A DNA stretch of 64,000 nt from Camelus ferus (lineage: Eukaryota), in NCBI RefSeq assembly GCF_009834535.1, contig NC_045706.1, positions 24,118,001 to 24,182,000 of the forward strand, given 5' to 3'. Shown here piece after piece: positions 12,793-26,418 of the stretch (positions are counted from its first letter, which is position 1; every line of letters starts with the position of its first letter). The position numbers and the translations under genes were made by a program. Under the pieces are notes generated by a model. It was not told the origin of the DNA and did not search any database. It saw only the letters and a list, made by a program, of their open reading frames with translations.

Positions 12793-13652
12793 ACTATGGG
12801 AATGTAAATTGGTGCAGCCACTATAGAAAGCAGTATGGAGGTGTCTCAAAAAACTAAAAATAAAACTACAATATGACCCAGTAAGTCCACTTCTGGGTAT
12901 CTGAAAAAAATGAAAACTCTAATTTGAAAGGATACATGCACCCCAATGTTCATAGCAACATTATTTACAAACTGCCAAGATATGGAAGCAACCTAGTGTC
13001 CACCAACAGATGAATTGATAAAGAAGATGTGAATGTACATGAGATTTGGTATACCTGGAATACAACTAAGCCATAAAAAAGAATGAAACTTTGCCATTTG
13101 CAACAACATGGATGGACTTGGAGGGTATTATGGCAAGTAAAATAAGTCAGACAGAGAGGGGTGGGTATAGCTCAGTGGTAGAGCACATGCCTAGCATGCA
13201 TGAGGTCCTGGGTTCAACCCCCAGTACCACCATTAAAAAATAATAAATAAATAAACCTCATTTCCTGCTCCCCCTGAAAAAAAAGTTAAAAAAAAGTCAG
13301 AGAAAGACAAATACTGTATGACCTCATTTATACGTGGAATCTGAAAAAATAAAACAAACTAGTGCATATAACAAAAAAGAAACAGACTCACAGATACAGG
13401 GAACTAGTGGTTACCAGTGGGGAGAAGGAAGTGGGGTGGGGCAAGATAGGTGTAAGGGATTAAGAGGTACAAACTACTATGTATAAAATAAACTACAAGG
13501 ATATATAGAACAACACAGGGAATATAGCCAACATTTCATAATAACCATAAATGGAAGATAACCTTTAAAAACTGTGAATCACTATGTTGTACACCTGAAA
13601 CTTGTATAATATTGTACATCAACTGTATCTCAATTTAAAAAAACAAACAAGA
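12793..13652 (+). mobile_element. 5'-truncated L1 (ORF2 end, 3' UTR and A-tail), interrupted by a SINE
   Basis: gggaatgtaaattggtgcagccactat...atgcaccccaatgttcatagca...ttgtacatcaactgtatctcaatttaaaaaaac. Confidence 0.85.
13158..13293 (+). mobile_element. tRNA-derived SINE (camelid Vic-1-like) inserted in L1
   Basis: ggggtgggtatagctcagtggtagagc...gggttcaacccccagtacc (A and B boxes) with taaataaataaacc tail. Imperfect duplication aagtcag on both sides. Confidence 0.85.
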
Positions 13653-14342
13653 TCACTGCCCTCAAAAGGCATTAAGTGGAACCTAACAAATTGGCAGCCA
13701 TGATGACACAGCCAGGGTAGCAGCTGTTTTGGTAACTTCACCTAATACCTTTTCTTCAAGATTATCCCACCTCCCATCTCTAGCCTGAATATAAAACTGC
13801 TGCTGGATAGGTCCCCAAATGTCCCACCTGAACTAATCACCTCCTCAACTTGCAGTCACCTATTAGTGTTCCTTATCTTGATTGCCTTGATTACCCACCC
13901 AGGTGACCAAGCTAAGAACATGTGTGTCCACCTCTATCCTACCCTCTCCATCTAGGCAGTTATACGGCATCAAGTCCAGGTGAATCTACATCCATGTCTC
14001 TTTTTCCATCGCCTGCTCTTGTTTTGGTTGTCAGTTTTCCTCCCCAGTCCATCCTCTACTTTGCTCCCAAGAGAGCCTCTGATCAGGGGGGGTCACTGAT
14101 ACAAAACTACTCAGGATGTTATATTTTGAAATTTTTCATAATAAAATTCTAGTGGAAAAGCATTTAGTGTAATGATGCAAACAACAGAAGACTTCATAGT
14201 AAAATAACCCAAACATTTCATTTTCTAAAGACTAACATGATAGTTTTTCCTAGTAATTTTTAAAATGCCCATTTCATTATGTCTTCTGTAGTTAAGTTTA
14301 TATAAAGTAAACACAACTGGTTATGTATATTAAAAAACACTT

Positions 14343-15010
14343 CACTCAAACTAGATTAAGCAAGAAAGGAATTTATTGGGGGGTGAGAAGAGGGGAAATT
14401 GGATGAAGGTGGTCAAAAGGTACAAACTTCCAGTTATAAGATAAATAAGTACTAAGGATGTAATGTACAACATAATGGCCAAAGTTGTATGGTATACTGG
14501 AAAACTGTTAAGAGCATAGACCCCAAGAGTTCTCACTGCAAGGAAAAATTTTTTTCTTTTTTTGTATCTATCTGAGATGATGGATGTCAACCAAACCTAT
14601 TGTGGTAATACTTTCACAATATTTGTAAGTCAAATCATCATGCCGTACACCTTAAACTTATACAGTGGTATGTATGAATTATATCTCAATAAAACTGGAA
14701 AGGAAAAATAGGAATTTATTGGCTCATGTAACTTTAAAGTCCAGGGTTCAAACGGTATCATCAGGACCCAATTTCTCTCTCAGACCCTTGGCTCCACGCT
14801 CAGATACGTCTTCATCTCTGAATACAGAATTGCATTCTTTCAGATTTCTGTCCAGGGGAGAGAGCACTTCCCTCCATTCAGCAAGAGAACAAAGCCCTGG
14901 GCTTGGCTCCCATTGGCTCAAATTGAGTCACATGGCTACCCTAGACCAATCACTATGACCAGAGGGATGACAGTGATGACTGGTTTAGCCCTAAATCACC
15001 AGGTAACTTA
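14343..15010 (-). mobile_element. Old MaLR LTR (MLT1J/K-like) split by an L1 insertion
   Basis: ttaagcaagaaaggaatttattgg|ctcatgtaact...tcccattggct...gaccaatcact. Confidence 0.6.
14380..14709 (+). mobile_element. 5'-truncated L1 3' end with 13-bp target-site duplication
   Basis: L1 tail (aaggtacaaacttccagttataag...tatatctcaataaaactgg) flanked by AGGAATTTATTGG at 14367-14379 and 14710-14722. Confidence 0.85.
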
Positions 15011-15444
15011 AGGATGGAATAGAGCCAGTTACCCTGGAATCATTTTCATGAGAGTAGCTACAGTGTGGGACCCCCAAAATGTGGGGACTGTTACTGGAAT
15101 TAGGGTGAATGAATGCTGAGAAACTCACAGCTTGCTCCTTATCTTTCTCATTTTTCCTGAAAATTCCCTTCACAGACCAGCAGAGGTCTTCAGCAAGCAT
15201 GTCAGAACCAATATTAAAACACAGGCTTTTCACTGTCCCAGGCTCCAACTTGAGCTTGGTCTCACACTCTCCCCATCTGCCACCCAGGGATGACCGAAAC
15301 CCCCTTGAGGAGAAACTGGCCGGTCCCACAGGGTCCATCACTGAGCTCCAGTTTGGGGTGAGGTCAGTCTGCAGGTAGTCTTGGACATTCCTCAAGTGCT
15401 GGGATTTGGAGAAAGAGGCAAAGTTAGAAATAGGAGTGGGGAGG

Positions 15445-15931
15445 TTTATTAATTTCCTATTGATGCTGTAACAAATTACCACAAACTTAGTTGCTTAACA
15501 CAATACAAATGTATTATCTAACAGTTCTGGAGGTTAGAATGCTGTCTCATTAACAAAAAACAAGGCAGAATTGCATTCCTTTTTGGAGGACCTAGGGAAG
15601 AATCCATTTCATTGCCTTTTCCAGCTTTGAGGCCCCCTGCATTCTTGGGCTCATGACCCCCTTTCATCTTCAAAGCCAGCAATAGCTGGTTGATTCTTTC
15701 TCAATCACGTACTCTGACTGACTCTTCAGCCTCCCTCTTCCACATGATTCCTGTGATTACACTGGGCCCAGCCAGATAATCCAGGATAATCTCCTTATTT
15801 TAAGGACTGCTAATTAACTACCTTAATACCATCTGCAATCTTAATTTCCCTTTGCCACATAGTATAACATACTAGCAGTTTCCCAAGGATTAGGCTGTGG
15901 ACATTTTGGGGGTGGGAGGCCTCCCCCAACA
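15445..15931 (-). mobile_element. MaLR solo LTR (MLT1C/D-like)
   Basis: gctgtaacaaattaccacaaacttag...catcttcaaagccagcaa...gggcccagccagataatccaggataatctcc. Confidence 0.8.
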
Positions 15932-16699
15932 AAGGCCACTGTGTTCTGGGACCAGTTCTTAAAGTGAACAGAGGGCGACTCTCTTCTGGGAGCTGTGGTG
16001 TAGAGGATGTTAGGTAGATACCCTAGCTCAGTCCTAGCTGCTGTTCTCACTAGGCCACTGACCTGAGTTAGAGTTGGGAAAGCAGCTCAATCAGGAAGAA
16101 AGAAATGTGACATCACCAGGGTGAGTGTGGACCTTCCTAAAGGGTAGCTGGGCTTTGAGGTATGCTGAGAATCTAGGAGAACCTGTGCAGGTTACTAGTG
16201 ATGCTGCTTAAGTCAACAGAAGACTGGGAAGGAAAAGTATGATGGCCTGGCAGCCCAGCAGCTGGGAGAGGGTATCCGTTTTAATTATCCAGCAACTACT
16301 AACCACCCCACTGGGGAAGAGAAGTGGAGGGTCGTGACCTGCAGCCAGAGGAGACTGAAGCTCAGACAGGGCTCACCCTCTCTGAATGAAGCAGTCTTTC
16401 TCGCTTCACTCAAGTAGCTTCTGGGCTTCGGCATCAGATGGATTGTATTCAAATCCCACTGTGTCACTTATAAATTGTGTGAACCTGGGAAAGTGGCCTA
16501 ACTTTTCTGAGGCTCTCGTTCCTTATCTATTAAATGAGAATGATATCACCATGTTCTTCATATGACTAATAGAAATTAAAAGTTCTTTAAAAAAAAGTTC
16601 TTATGTACATTCTAGAGGAGAAGACTGTCATTTAGTCTGAAAGAAGCCCCAGCATGGATTGGTGATAAGGCTAATGTTAAGAGTATGAGTCCTTTTTTT

Positions 16700-16980
16700 C
16701 CTGGAATTTATTTTGACTTTTTAAAATTTATTTAATCTCAGTATAGACGGTTTACAATGTGTTAATTTCTGATGTACAGCATAGTGATTCAGTTATACAC
16801 ACATAAATATTCCTTTTCATATTCTTCTTCATTATAGGCCATTACAAGGTATTGAATGGTTCCCTGTGCTATACAGTAGGACCTTGCTGTTTATCTATTT
16901 TATATATAGTAGTTAGTATCTACAAATCCCAAACTCCCAAACTCCCACTTTATCCCTCCACCCTCCTTCCCCTCTGGTAG
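16700..16980 (-). mobile_element. L1 3' end fragment
   Basis: ttacaatgtgttaatttctgatgtacagcatagtgattcagttata...ccctgtgctatacagtaggacc...tcccaaactccc. Confidence 0.8.
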
Positions 16981-17499
16981 TCTTGACAGACATGGGGTTG
17001 AATTTGTCCTTAGCATAACTAGCTGTGTGAGTTTGGACAAGATACTTAACCTACATAAGCCTCAGTCACAGAATACATCTATTATGTACCAAATCTGAGG
17101 CAAGTAGCTTCTTACTATGTGAAGTGGGGAAAATATTAGTACTTATTAGTACCTCATTCCTAGGGTTGATGTAAACTTGAAGTTAGATGCTCATAAGCAA
17201 CTTGATTCAGTGCCTTGTGTGTAGGAGCTTCAATCAAATGTTAGGTTGACTCAACACATTTGGAGGGGTTGGGAGGATTAGGGTGTGGAGAATGGGGAGC
17301 TAAATTGATTGGAAAGGACACCGAGATGTCCTCGGTGATGTTGTGGGCATCCCTGAGGACAGCCCTCAGGATCTAGGTTGGGGCCAGTATGACCGGCAGG
17401 CTCACCCAGCGTAGACACAGGCTGGCTGGCCTCTGGCCAAAGCTCAAGGTGTTTCCCTTCGCCTGGAAACGGAGAGGTGTGGCTAAGGCAGGGCATGTC

Positions 17500-17707
17500 T
17501 CAACTGAAAAGTGGTGGAAAGGAGTCCCGCTCTTGGACCTTTCCGGCTCCCAATAATGCTGGACACCAGCTCCCCTGGGCTATAGAAGACAAGTGAGTGG
17601 GGAACTTACCTGGGAAGAGCATTTCAGGACTGAGGGCTTGTAAAAACATCTTGGGTGCTTCTTGCCTGCTGGGAGCCTGGGGTTCGGGCCCACTCCTGGG
17701 CCAAGAG
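17500..17707 (+). other. C10orf95: Probable non-coding first exon of the C10orf95 orthologue
   Basis: Donor AG|GTGAGG at 17707/17708 and acceptor cttcAG at 17912, 3 nt before the ATG. The 5' end is a guess. Confidence 0.4.
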
Positions 17708-17915
17708 GTGAGGTGGGAGCTGAACTCCTTAGGAAGAGTTCCTCAAAGCCATAGGCACGCACGCAGGGGCTCCTACTGTGAACTAGACCCCGGGTTACCA
17801 GGCTGCAGGGACGGTGGTGGAGATAAGAACAAAATGTATCCAGCCCCCATCTCTACCCCAGGTCTGGACCAGGACGAGGCCCCAGTGACAATACCTGCCA
17901 CCTGAGCTTCAGACT

Positions 17916-18575
<660 letters not shown>

Positions 18576-21079
18576 GGGCGCCGCGGGGCCCGGCGGCTGA
18601 CCCGGGTGAGCACGCACGCTGCAGCTGCGCCGCAACTGTGCGCCGTGGCTGGGTGCACCTGTCACCTGTTTCGTTTTGTTTTTTCTTCTTCTTTTTCTTC
18701 CCCCACCGCGCACCTCCTGCACTTACTTGATTTCTCTCAGGTTATTGCTAGTTGGTGGGGAAATGGCCAGGGGGGATCAAGGACATCTCTGGGTGGGTGT
18801 CCTATTACTCCTTGCTTCTACTTTTGCTTGGGAAGCCTGGGTGTGTGGTGGAAGGAGGGCCTGAACCCTTTGTTTCGTTTCCACTCCCTCCTCCTCCCCT
18901 TCTTTCCCTTTGAAGCCTGCCCGGCAGTCAGCCCTCACTTTCCCTTTTTCTTCTCCTCCCTCTAGGAAAGCTCCTGGAACTCCTCAAGCTGAGGGCCCAC
19001 CTATCCCCAGCTTGTAATGAAAAGTGAATAAATAGCGAAGTCAATTGTAGGCTTCAAGATCATTCTGTTTGGGGGTGGGGGTGTTTCTTTTTTCTTTTTT
19101 AACACCTTTATTGTGGTATGGTTCCTGTAGAGTTTCTTCATCAGTGTAAGGTGAGCCTTACTTCCTGTCTTGGAGTACAGGAGTTGGGGAGGTGAGGATT
19201 AGAGTGGACCTCTGAAAAAAGTGTGCTTCCTCACTGGCTGGACCTAGCTGCCCTCTTAACCAGCACTCCCAGTTCAGGAGGACACTCTCCTAGGTCCTGA
19301 GGCCCACCACCCACAGAGAGATTCTGAGGGCACAAACTATTTTGTTGAAGTGTGGATAGCAGGCATGGCTGAAGAAGGGATGCCTAAGACATAGATTTAG
19401 GGCTTGCTCAGACATTTTCTAGTCGTGTAACTAGGCTCTCTGAGCCTCAGTTTCTTCATCTGTAAAAGAAGCATCAAACCAACCTGGCCTACCTGGAAAA
19501 TTTACTAGGGTTGAAATTTAAAATGATTGTCACTTCTTGTTTCCTAATTCTTGCTAACAGTCTTTAATAGGCTGAATTTGCACTATTCAAGGAGTTTGCT
19601 AGAGGGTTAGGCCACACATCCAGTTTTAACTACGGGTCTAGCCAGATCACCAGATCTGATGCCTAGGCTGTATAAATTTGGCTCCTCATGGAATTGCTTT
19701 TACTGAACTTCCATTTGTATTTGGCCAACAGCTACCTGGGTTTACAGGTATATTATTGAAGCTGTAGATCAGTTGATTGAACACTACTGTGTTTATGAGC
19801 TTCAAAGAGAAGTTCTGTTAAACCTCAGCACTTGGTAAAGATATTTCTCCTGATGAGTTGTTTGCTTTTATCTTTGAAGTACCAAGGATCTCATAACTGA
19901 TCATAGTTTTCTCTTTGCCCTGGTTTCTAGGGGGCTCAGAGCCAAATTTGCTTAGCATTTTTGTGTAAAACCTGGGTCCTGAACTGTTATCCCTAGTCTC
20001 CAACTTATTTTCCTTCCTTGTTTTTTTTTTAAATTATAAAACACAGGAAGGTGTGATGGCTCTCCTGTGTGACCTTAGGTAAATAATTTAATGCTCCTGA
20101 ACCAATTTCCTCCTTGTAAATGGGGATGATGGTATTAGGACCTATCTCATAAAGTTATTGAGAAGATGCCATGAAATCCTACACACAAAATGTTTACTAC
20201 AGTGTCTGGCATGTATTAAGTGCTGAAGTGTTAGTGTTTGTTTTTAAAAAGTAGTTTACAATACAGAAATGTGTGAAATAGGAAGTTAATATCTTTTCTA
20301 ATATCCCTTACCCTCAAATGATCACTGTGAGGTCCAATCTAGTATTTTTTCCTCTTTTTCTCTGTACATAGTATTAATTACATAAAAGGAATTACAGTGT
20401 TTGGTCTGTGGCATTTTACATTAAGTATATCTTGGACATCATTTCCTGCCAGTGCACATGGAGTTACCTTACTCTTTTAACAGCCACCCAATATTTTATA
20501 GCATTTGGATTCTTTCCAAAGTTTTTTTTTTTTTTTTTGAAGTTCAAATGGCTTTTATTTTCATATTCACTGAACTTCCCCAAACTGGGTCTTGCTTACA
20601 AGAGTTCTTGGTGGTTTTCTCCACGGCTCTGTCCCTGACTTACCCTTGGAGCCAGGATATGTTGAGGTGGTCCAGCATGTGGAAGGGAGAAGAGAGGAAA
20701 CAGCCAGGAATGACTCCAACCCCATCCCTTCTCATGGACTCCCAGGAGCTTCCCATGTCCACTTAGGGAGAGAGGAAGGAAGATTTTCTTTACTCTTTGT
20801 AATCTTGCTTCCACCAAAACATGTCAAGGTGTAAAACTTAGCTATCCAGTCATCTTTAGGGAACATGGCAAAGGGCCTTTCCTTTTTCTCAAACAAAAAG
20901 GGCTTTGGACCCCAGGTTTTCCCTAAGGGAGGAAGAAAAAGCTTAGGGAGAGCAGAGAGCAGGAGAGAAGTCAGAAGAATCCAAAGTCTCATAGAAAGGC
21001 ACTGGGGTTCTTTCCAAAGTTTTTAGCTATTGAAAGTCCACCCAACGGATTTCTTGAGTGCCTTTTATTTGCCAGGGAT

Positions 21080-22000
21080 TGCTCTAGTCCCTGAGGATAC
21101 AGTAGTGAATGAAACAACTCTGGCAGTCTCTGTACTTACAGAGCTTGCATTTTAGTAGGGAGACGTGGGGATGGGGCAACAGGCAAATAGATAAAGAGCA
21201 GTTGTTACAAGTACAACTAAGAGGCTGAAATAGAAAATGTGAGTGGAGTAGCAGAACTTAGAATAAGGTAATCAGGGAAGGCTTCTGTGAGGAGGTGACA
21301 TTTAAGCTGCAATCTAAAAAATATGAAGAAGCTAGCCATGCAGAGAAAAGTGTGAGAGGAAGCCAGGTAGAGGGCATGGTGAGTGTAAAGTCCCCGAGGA
21401 GTGAAAATTATCTTCATTCACTTGACAGGCATGGAACCCACAATATGCCTGCCAGGCAGTATTCTAGGCACTGACATTACAGGAGAAAACCAAACAACTC
21501 CCTGCCGTGAGGGAGCTTACTTTAGAGGTATAATGTAGAGAAAGAGACTGACAACAAGCAAATGGGTGAATACACAATGTAATGACAAATAGTGATAAGT
21601 GATGGAGTGCTGTTTTCAATAGGATGGTTAGGGAAGGCTTCTCTGAAGAGGTGACTCTTGAGTAGAGACCTAATAAAGACCTTTACAAGCCATTTGAATA
21701 CCTGGGGGAGAAAAGCAAGTACAACAACCTTGTGGCTGGAGTGTTCTTGTCCTGTGAGTGAGTGGGAAAGTGACAGTTAATGAGGTTAGAGATGAAGCTC
21801 GATCCTGTGGCACCTTGAAGCCACGCAGAGATTTTTGGATTTTCTTCTTAGAGATAGAGAGTTATGAGCAGGGGGAAATGGGATCAGGTTTTTAAAAAAT
21901 TATTTTGGACATTGTGCAGGAAAGAGACTGTAGAGGGACCATGGTGGAAATAGACCAGTTAGGAGGCTTTGGAAGTAATATGGGCAAAAAATAAAGATAA
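21080..22000 (+). mobile_element. Degraded L2 fragments
   Basis: agaataaggtaatcagggaaggcttctgtgaggaggtgacatttaagctg and similar L2 3' motifs. Boundaries approximate. Confidence 0.55.
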
Positions 22001-22119
22001 TGGCTTGGTCTTATTTGGAGTTAGTGAGGATGATGAGAAAATAAACATCCTTGAATATGCATCTTTGTTCACATATACAAGTATTAAACTGTGGAATCTA
22101 AAGTCTTAGAATTAGAAAT

Positions 22120-23215
22120 TCAGTCACTGAACAGACACCCCAGTAGCATCAAGCACAGCCAGTGCCCAGATTTTTGGTTCTAAATTCCGTTCTCCACTAA
22201 AAGGAGCCTGTCCCCTTGGGAAAATGGCTGATTCCAAGGCTGTGGCAGGGAATGTTCAAGATAAGCCTGGAACAACTTGTGCCAGAAAATAAAGGACTCC
22301 TCAAAAATGTCAAAAGAACAAAGGAGCCAGCTTGAAGGGACTTTGAACAAATCAGGGACAATTTCAGCATCAAAACAAATAATTACAGTAACAGATTATA
22401 ACCTACTGAATAAAACAAGGATCCATAAGTCCATACAAATATTAACTAAATAAATACATATGAAAGGAAAGCTCTTCCTTACAGTAGAAGGAATAATGAA
22501 ATTAGAAAATCACCATTCCCAGTCATCATAATACTAATTGATTGAGGTGAGACTTATTCCTGGATATTAAAACTAATGGCTGAAACCATGAGAAACCAGA
22601 TATTTATATCATTTCAAAATATGTTCCAATGAGATGTTTATTAAGTACAAATTTAAAAATAGTAACCTGGTAGCACAATAGGGAAAACTGGTAGATAAGA
22701 CTTTAATCCCATTGCAGGAGTCCCTCTTAAGCAAAGTCTTTCTTACCGTCTTTAACGAGCGACTTTAAAGTTTTTTCTTTAGCAGAAACAAATCGACATC
22801 ATAAGCTTTCTGATATGTTAACCTGAGAAAACACAACATCAATTCAGCAGCAAGGCATAATTATGAGGAAGCATAAGATAAACCTAAATTGAGAGAAAAT
22901 TGTTCCAAACTGTCAATGTCATAAAAGACAAAGGAAAGCTGAGAAACTGTTTCAGGTCAAAGGAAACTAAAGAGACATGAAAACTAAATGCAGTGCATGA
23001 TCCTGTTTTGGATCCTGGACCAGAATTAAAATTGTTGTGAAGGACAGTATTGGGACAAGTAGCAAGATCTGAATAAGGACTATAGATTAGAGAAGCAACA
23101 TGGCAAAAGGTTAACAATTGGTGAATCTGGTAGAAGGGTAAGCAAGAGTTCTTTGCACTATTTTGGCAACTTTTCTGTAAGTTTGAAATAATTACTAACT
23201 AAAAATAAAAATATC
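22120..23215 (+). mobile_element. Old L1M (L1MC/MD-like) 3' region
   Basis: ggagccagcttgaaggg...aaactaaatgcagtgcatgatcc...gagttctttgcactattttggcaacttttctgtaagtttgaaata. Confidence 0.65.
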
Positions 23216-24809
23216 TCACAGATTTTATGTTTTAATTTTGGAGAATGTCTGCATACTGGTAAGCTTCCTCAAATCCTTTTTTGAAACAGGGCAGGTTTCA
23301 AGTAAATCATGAGTCTCACAGCAAATAAGGTGTGTTCTGAATTCCCTTTCTTCTCTATCCTCTCAGGTCCAGACCCTTGAAGTCTCAACTTCCCCATCTC
23401 TGAGGATCCCTTTTGCTCCTCTTCCCTTCCACTTATGCCCTGGTAATGCCCAGAGGCTTCACACAATTTACCCCTATCCCACTGCCCCAGTGAGGGAGGA
23501 GGCCTCTGATTACAGGCTTTTTGAAGGAGGTGCTGCCACCCAGCTCAGTCCAGCATGCCATTACTTCCAAATCCCAGTGCTTACTCCAGCCCTATGGGTG
23601 TAAGGAAACCCTACAGGGAGACTAGATGTTTCTTCCTTTGATCTTTTCTCTGAACTTAATCCTGAGAAGCTTAGAACTCATAAAACATCTGGGCTGCCAG
23701 GGACCTTGCTGTTCACCTGGTCCAACCCCCTCAATTTACCTTATGCTGGGAAACTGAGGCCAGAGAGAAGGAGTGACTCACCCAAGGTCACACAGTAGGT
23801 GAGAATCCGGAGCTTCTAGATCCCAGCAGGGGTTGGGCCACCAAACCCTGGTCCTGATGGCCTTGTCCTCCTTGCCTTGCCTAGCCTTACCCAGCTGTGG
23901 CATCTGGTTAGGAGCCCTTCCCTCAATCAACCCTGTCTGACCAATTTTAAGCCCTATCATGCCTCCCAGCTGGGTAGCTCACATTCTACTTAAGGGGGGA
24001 TAAGAAGAACCATAACCTCACACACTTAACTGAGAACTTTCTATGTGCAGGCACTGTGCTAAAGCCCTGTACAGAAACTATCATTTAATTTAATCTTCAC
24101 CTTGATGTGATTGGAACTACTTTCCCATTTACAGATCAGGAAACTGAGGCCTATAGAAGTTAACAATTTACCTAAGGGCACACACGGAGAATGCACCTGG
24201 GACATCTGTATAGTCTTAACCGCTAGGCCACACTGTCTCTTCATACATGAGACACCCTCAGCAAAATGCAGGGAACATTTATTGAACAGCAACTATGTGC
24301 GGAACACTGGACTAGACCCTCTGGGACTCAGGAATTGAGCCCCACTGGAAGAGGAGTGTGGAGGATTTGTAGGAGATCATATGCACCATTGTGGGGTTGG
24401 AGAAGCTTCTTCTAAGAGGCATCTCAGAGAGGCTTTGAAGGATGTATAGGATTCCAACAGAGAGCAATGGGAAGGAGGTGTCCTGAGAAGAACTAAGGAG
24501 GGATCAGCATGAGTAAAAGCATGGCAGCAGGAGCAGCAAGTAGCAGGGTTTCATTGGAGGGCAGGTTATAACCAGGGAGCAGTGGAAGATAAGGCTTGAA
24601 AGTAAGTGGAGGCCATATTTGAAAGATTTTAATGACAAGGTAAGGAATGTGGGGGAGCCATTGAAGTCTTTGACAAAAAGAGTAGCCCAAGTTGAAGTTA
24701 TTAAAAGATCTCGCCGGTGGCAGGATGGATGCCTGGAGCGCCTGGCTGGGACGCCGTGAGCCTGAGCCAGCAGCTCCCCCGTAGTCTCAGTATCGAAGGT
24801 ACGGCACAG

Positions 24810-24882
24810 CGGGCACCAGAACTGAGTCCCTAGGGCATTTGCTATAGCTCACAGCCTATGGAATTCAGTTCTCAGAGCCAGG
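24810..24882 (-). ncRNA. MIR146B: pre-miR-146b hairpin
   Basis: Reverse complement gives 5p UGAGAACUGAAUUCCAUAGGCU (24874-24853) and 3p UGCCCUAGGGACUCAGUUCUGG (24837-24816). Syntenic position. Confidence 0.98.
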
Positions 24883-25579
24883 TGGCCAAAGTTCTCTCAG
24901 CCTTGATGCTGCCTTCCCATGCTGTCTTCTGTGAATTTTCTCCCATTCCCAGGATAGGTCAGATGAGGAATCTGGAATCTCAAGATTCCTCCTAACCCAC
25001 AGAGGATCTGAGCTTGGAGCTGAAAATAGGGGCCCATAGCTGGGGACAGAGGCAAGTAATTTTTTCTAAATTCCAACAGGATATTGATGTAGGATACGAG
25101 GGGATGGTGCTCAGGGCCTTGGTAGGGGTTCTATGGGCATTGCAGAATTAGTTCCATCACCTCCTGTCCAGATGTGCTTCTGGTGGGGCCAGATGACTGG
25201 ATGGGCAAGGGGCTGGAGGAAAAGCCAGAACATGTACACTGAGAAGGACATCCCTCTAGAGACTGAGGGGATTCCTGAGCCGAAGGGGGCCCCCCCGAAT
25301 GTGGATCCCCAAGATAGAGGCCCAGGAATCCCAACTCCCTAAAAATTTCCCCACCTGAAGTGGAGATCTGAAGTACCTGGGATAGAGAAGGGAGTGGAAG
25401 AGAAAGATTTGCCTGAAACATACTTTGATTTCTAGAGCATTAAATTGAGGGCTGGAGTGCTATTCCCATTCACAGGGCAGAGCTGCAGCCTATCCCTGGA
25501 GAGGAAAAGGCAAGCCGGCAGGCTCAGGAGCCACCCTACCCCAACCCTGCTTGATTAAGAGAAAGGGGCCCACACTCAC

Positions 25580-25708
25580 CCATGAAGCCTGTTCTCTCCC
25601 TCCTGGAGCTGGAACTGCAGTGATGCTCTCAGAGACTGCTCCTTAAATAGGGCCCCCACCCCGCCCCAGCCAACTCCCACCCCCGCCCCATCCTGGCTCT
25701 TCTGAGAA
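25580..25708 (-). promoter_or_regulatory. Putative pri-miR-146b core promoter and short first exon
   Basis: On the minus strand: GAS TTCTGAGAA 25700-25708, GC boxes near 25660 and 25681, TATTTAA 25649-25643, and donor GG|GTGAGT at 25580/25579. Confidence 0.55.
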
Positions 25709-26418
25709 GGAAGGAAGGTGTGGGAGGGCTGGGCACCCTGCCCAGAGAACCCTTTCTGACCTCAAGCAGGAGCCGGGACACCCCTCTTGCCCCACCATCC
25801 TTCGAAGCATCCCCTTCCTCACCTCAGTCTCTGAGTCCCTCCCACAACCTTGAGACCAGCCAGCTGGGTTCTTTCTCTGATGTTAATCTCTGGGAAATCT
25901 GCCCTTTATGCCTAATTCAAGTCCAATTCCTCATTCTAAAGTTGGATGATGGGTAATTAATGTGCTGGGAGAAGCTTCAGCAAAGTCTTCCAGTTTTTCC
26001 CATCAGCTGAGGAAATCCAGTATCAGCTGCAAAATTCCTATGCGGGAATGGGGAGAGAGCAGGTATCACTCTACCTTTTTTCACCCCCTGTGGCTTCAAG
26101 GAGCATCAAAAGCTGTAGGTAGAATTTGTTTCCACCGTGGAGAGAGAGAGACTGAGACCTGAAGGGACAGAGGGAGCTTAAGGTCTGGCCAGCTCTGGAA
26201 TGCTGAACAGGACAAGTGTTCCCTGGAGCCCCTGCCCTACAGTTTGTGTGTGTCCTTGTGTCTGTGGTGGTTCCCCTCTCTTCAGCCCACCCTCTGTCCT
26301 CTGACTCCAGGACCTTACCCCTGCTGCACAGAATTGAGACCCTCTGGAGTTTGAGTTGGGAATTGAGGGACTGCCCCTAAGAAGTCTTTCCCATCATTCC
26401 TTCCCTGGCAAAAGCTCA

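Noticed and set aside
13158-13235. tRNA-like sequence with A and B boxes (also at 31570-31642 and 42625-42693)
   Set aside because: No complete cloverleaf or acceptor stem; AT-rich tails and TSDs identify these as SINE heads.
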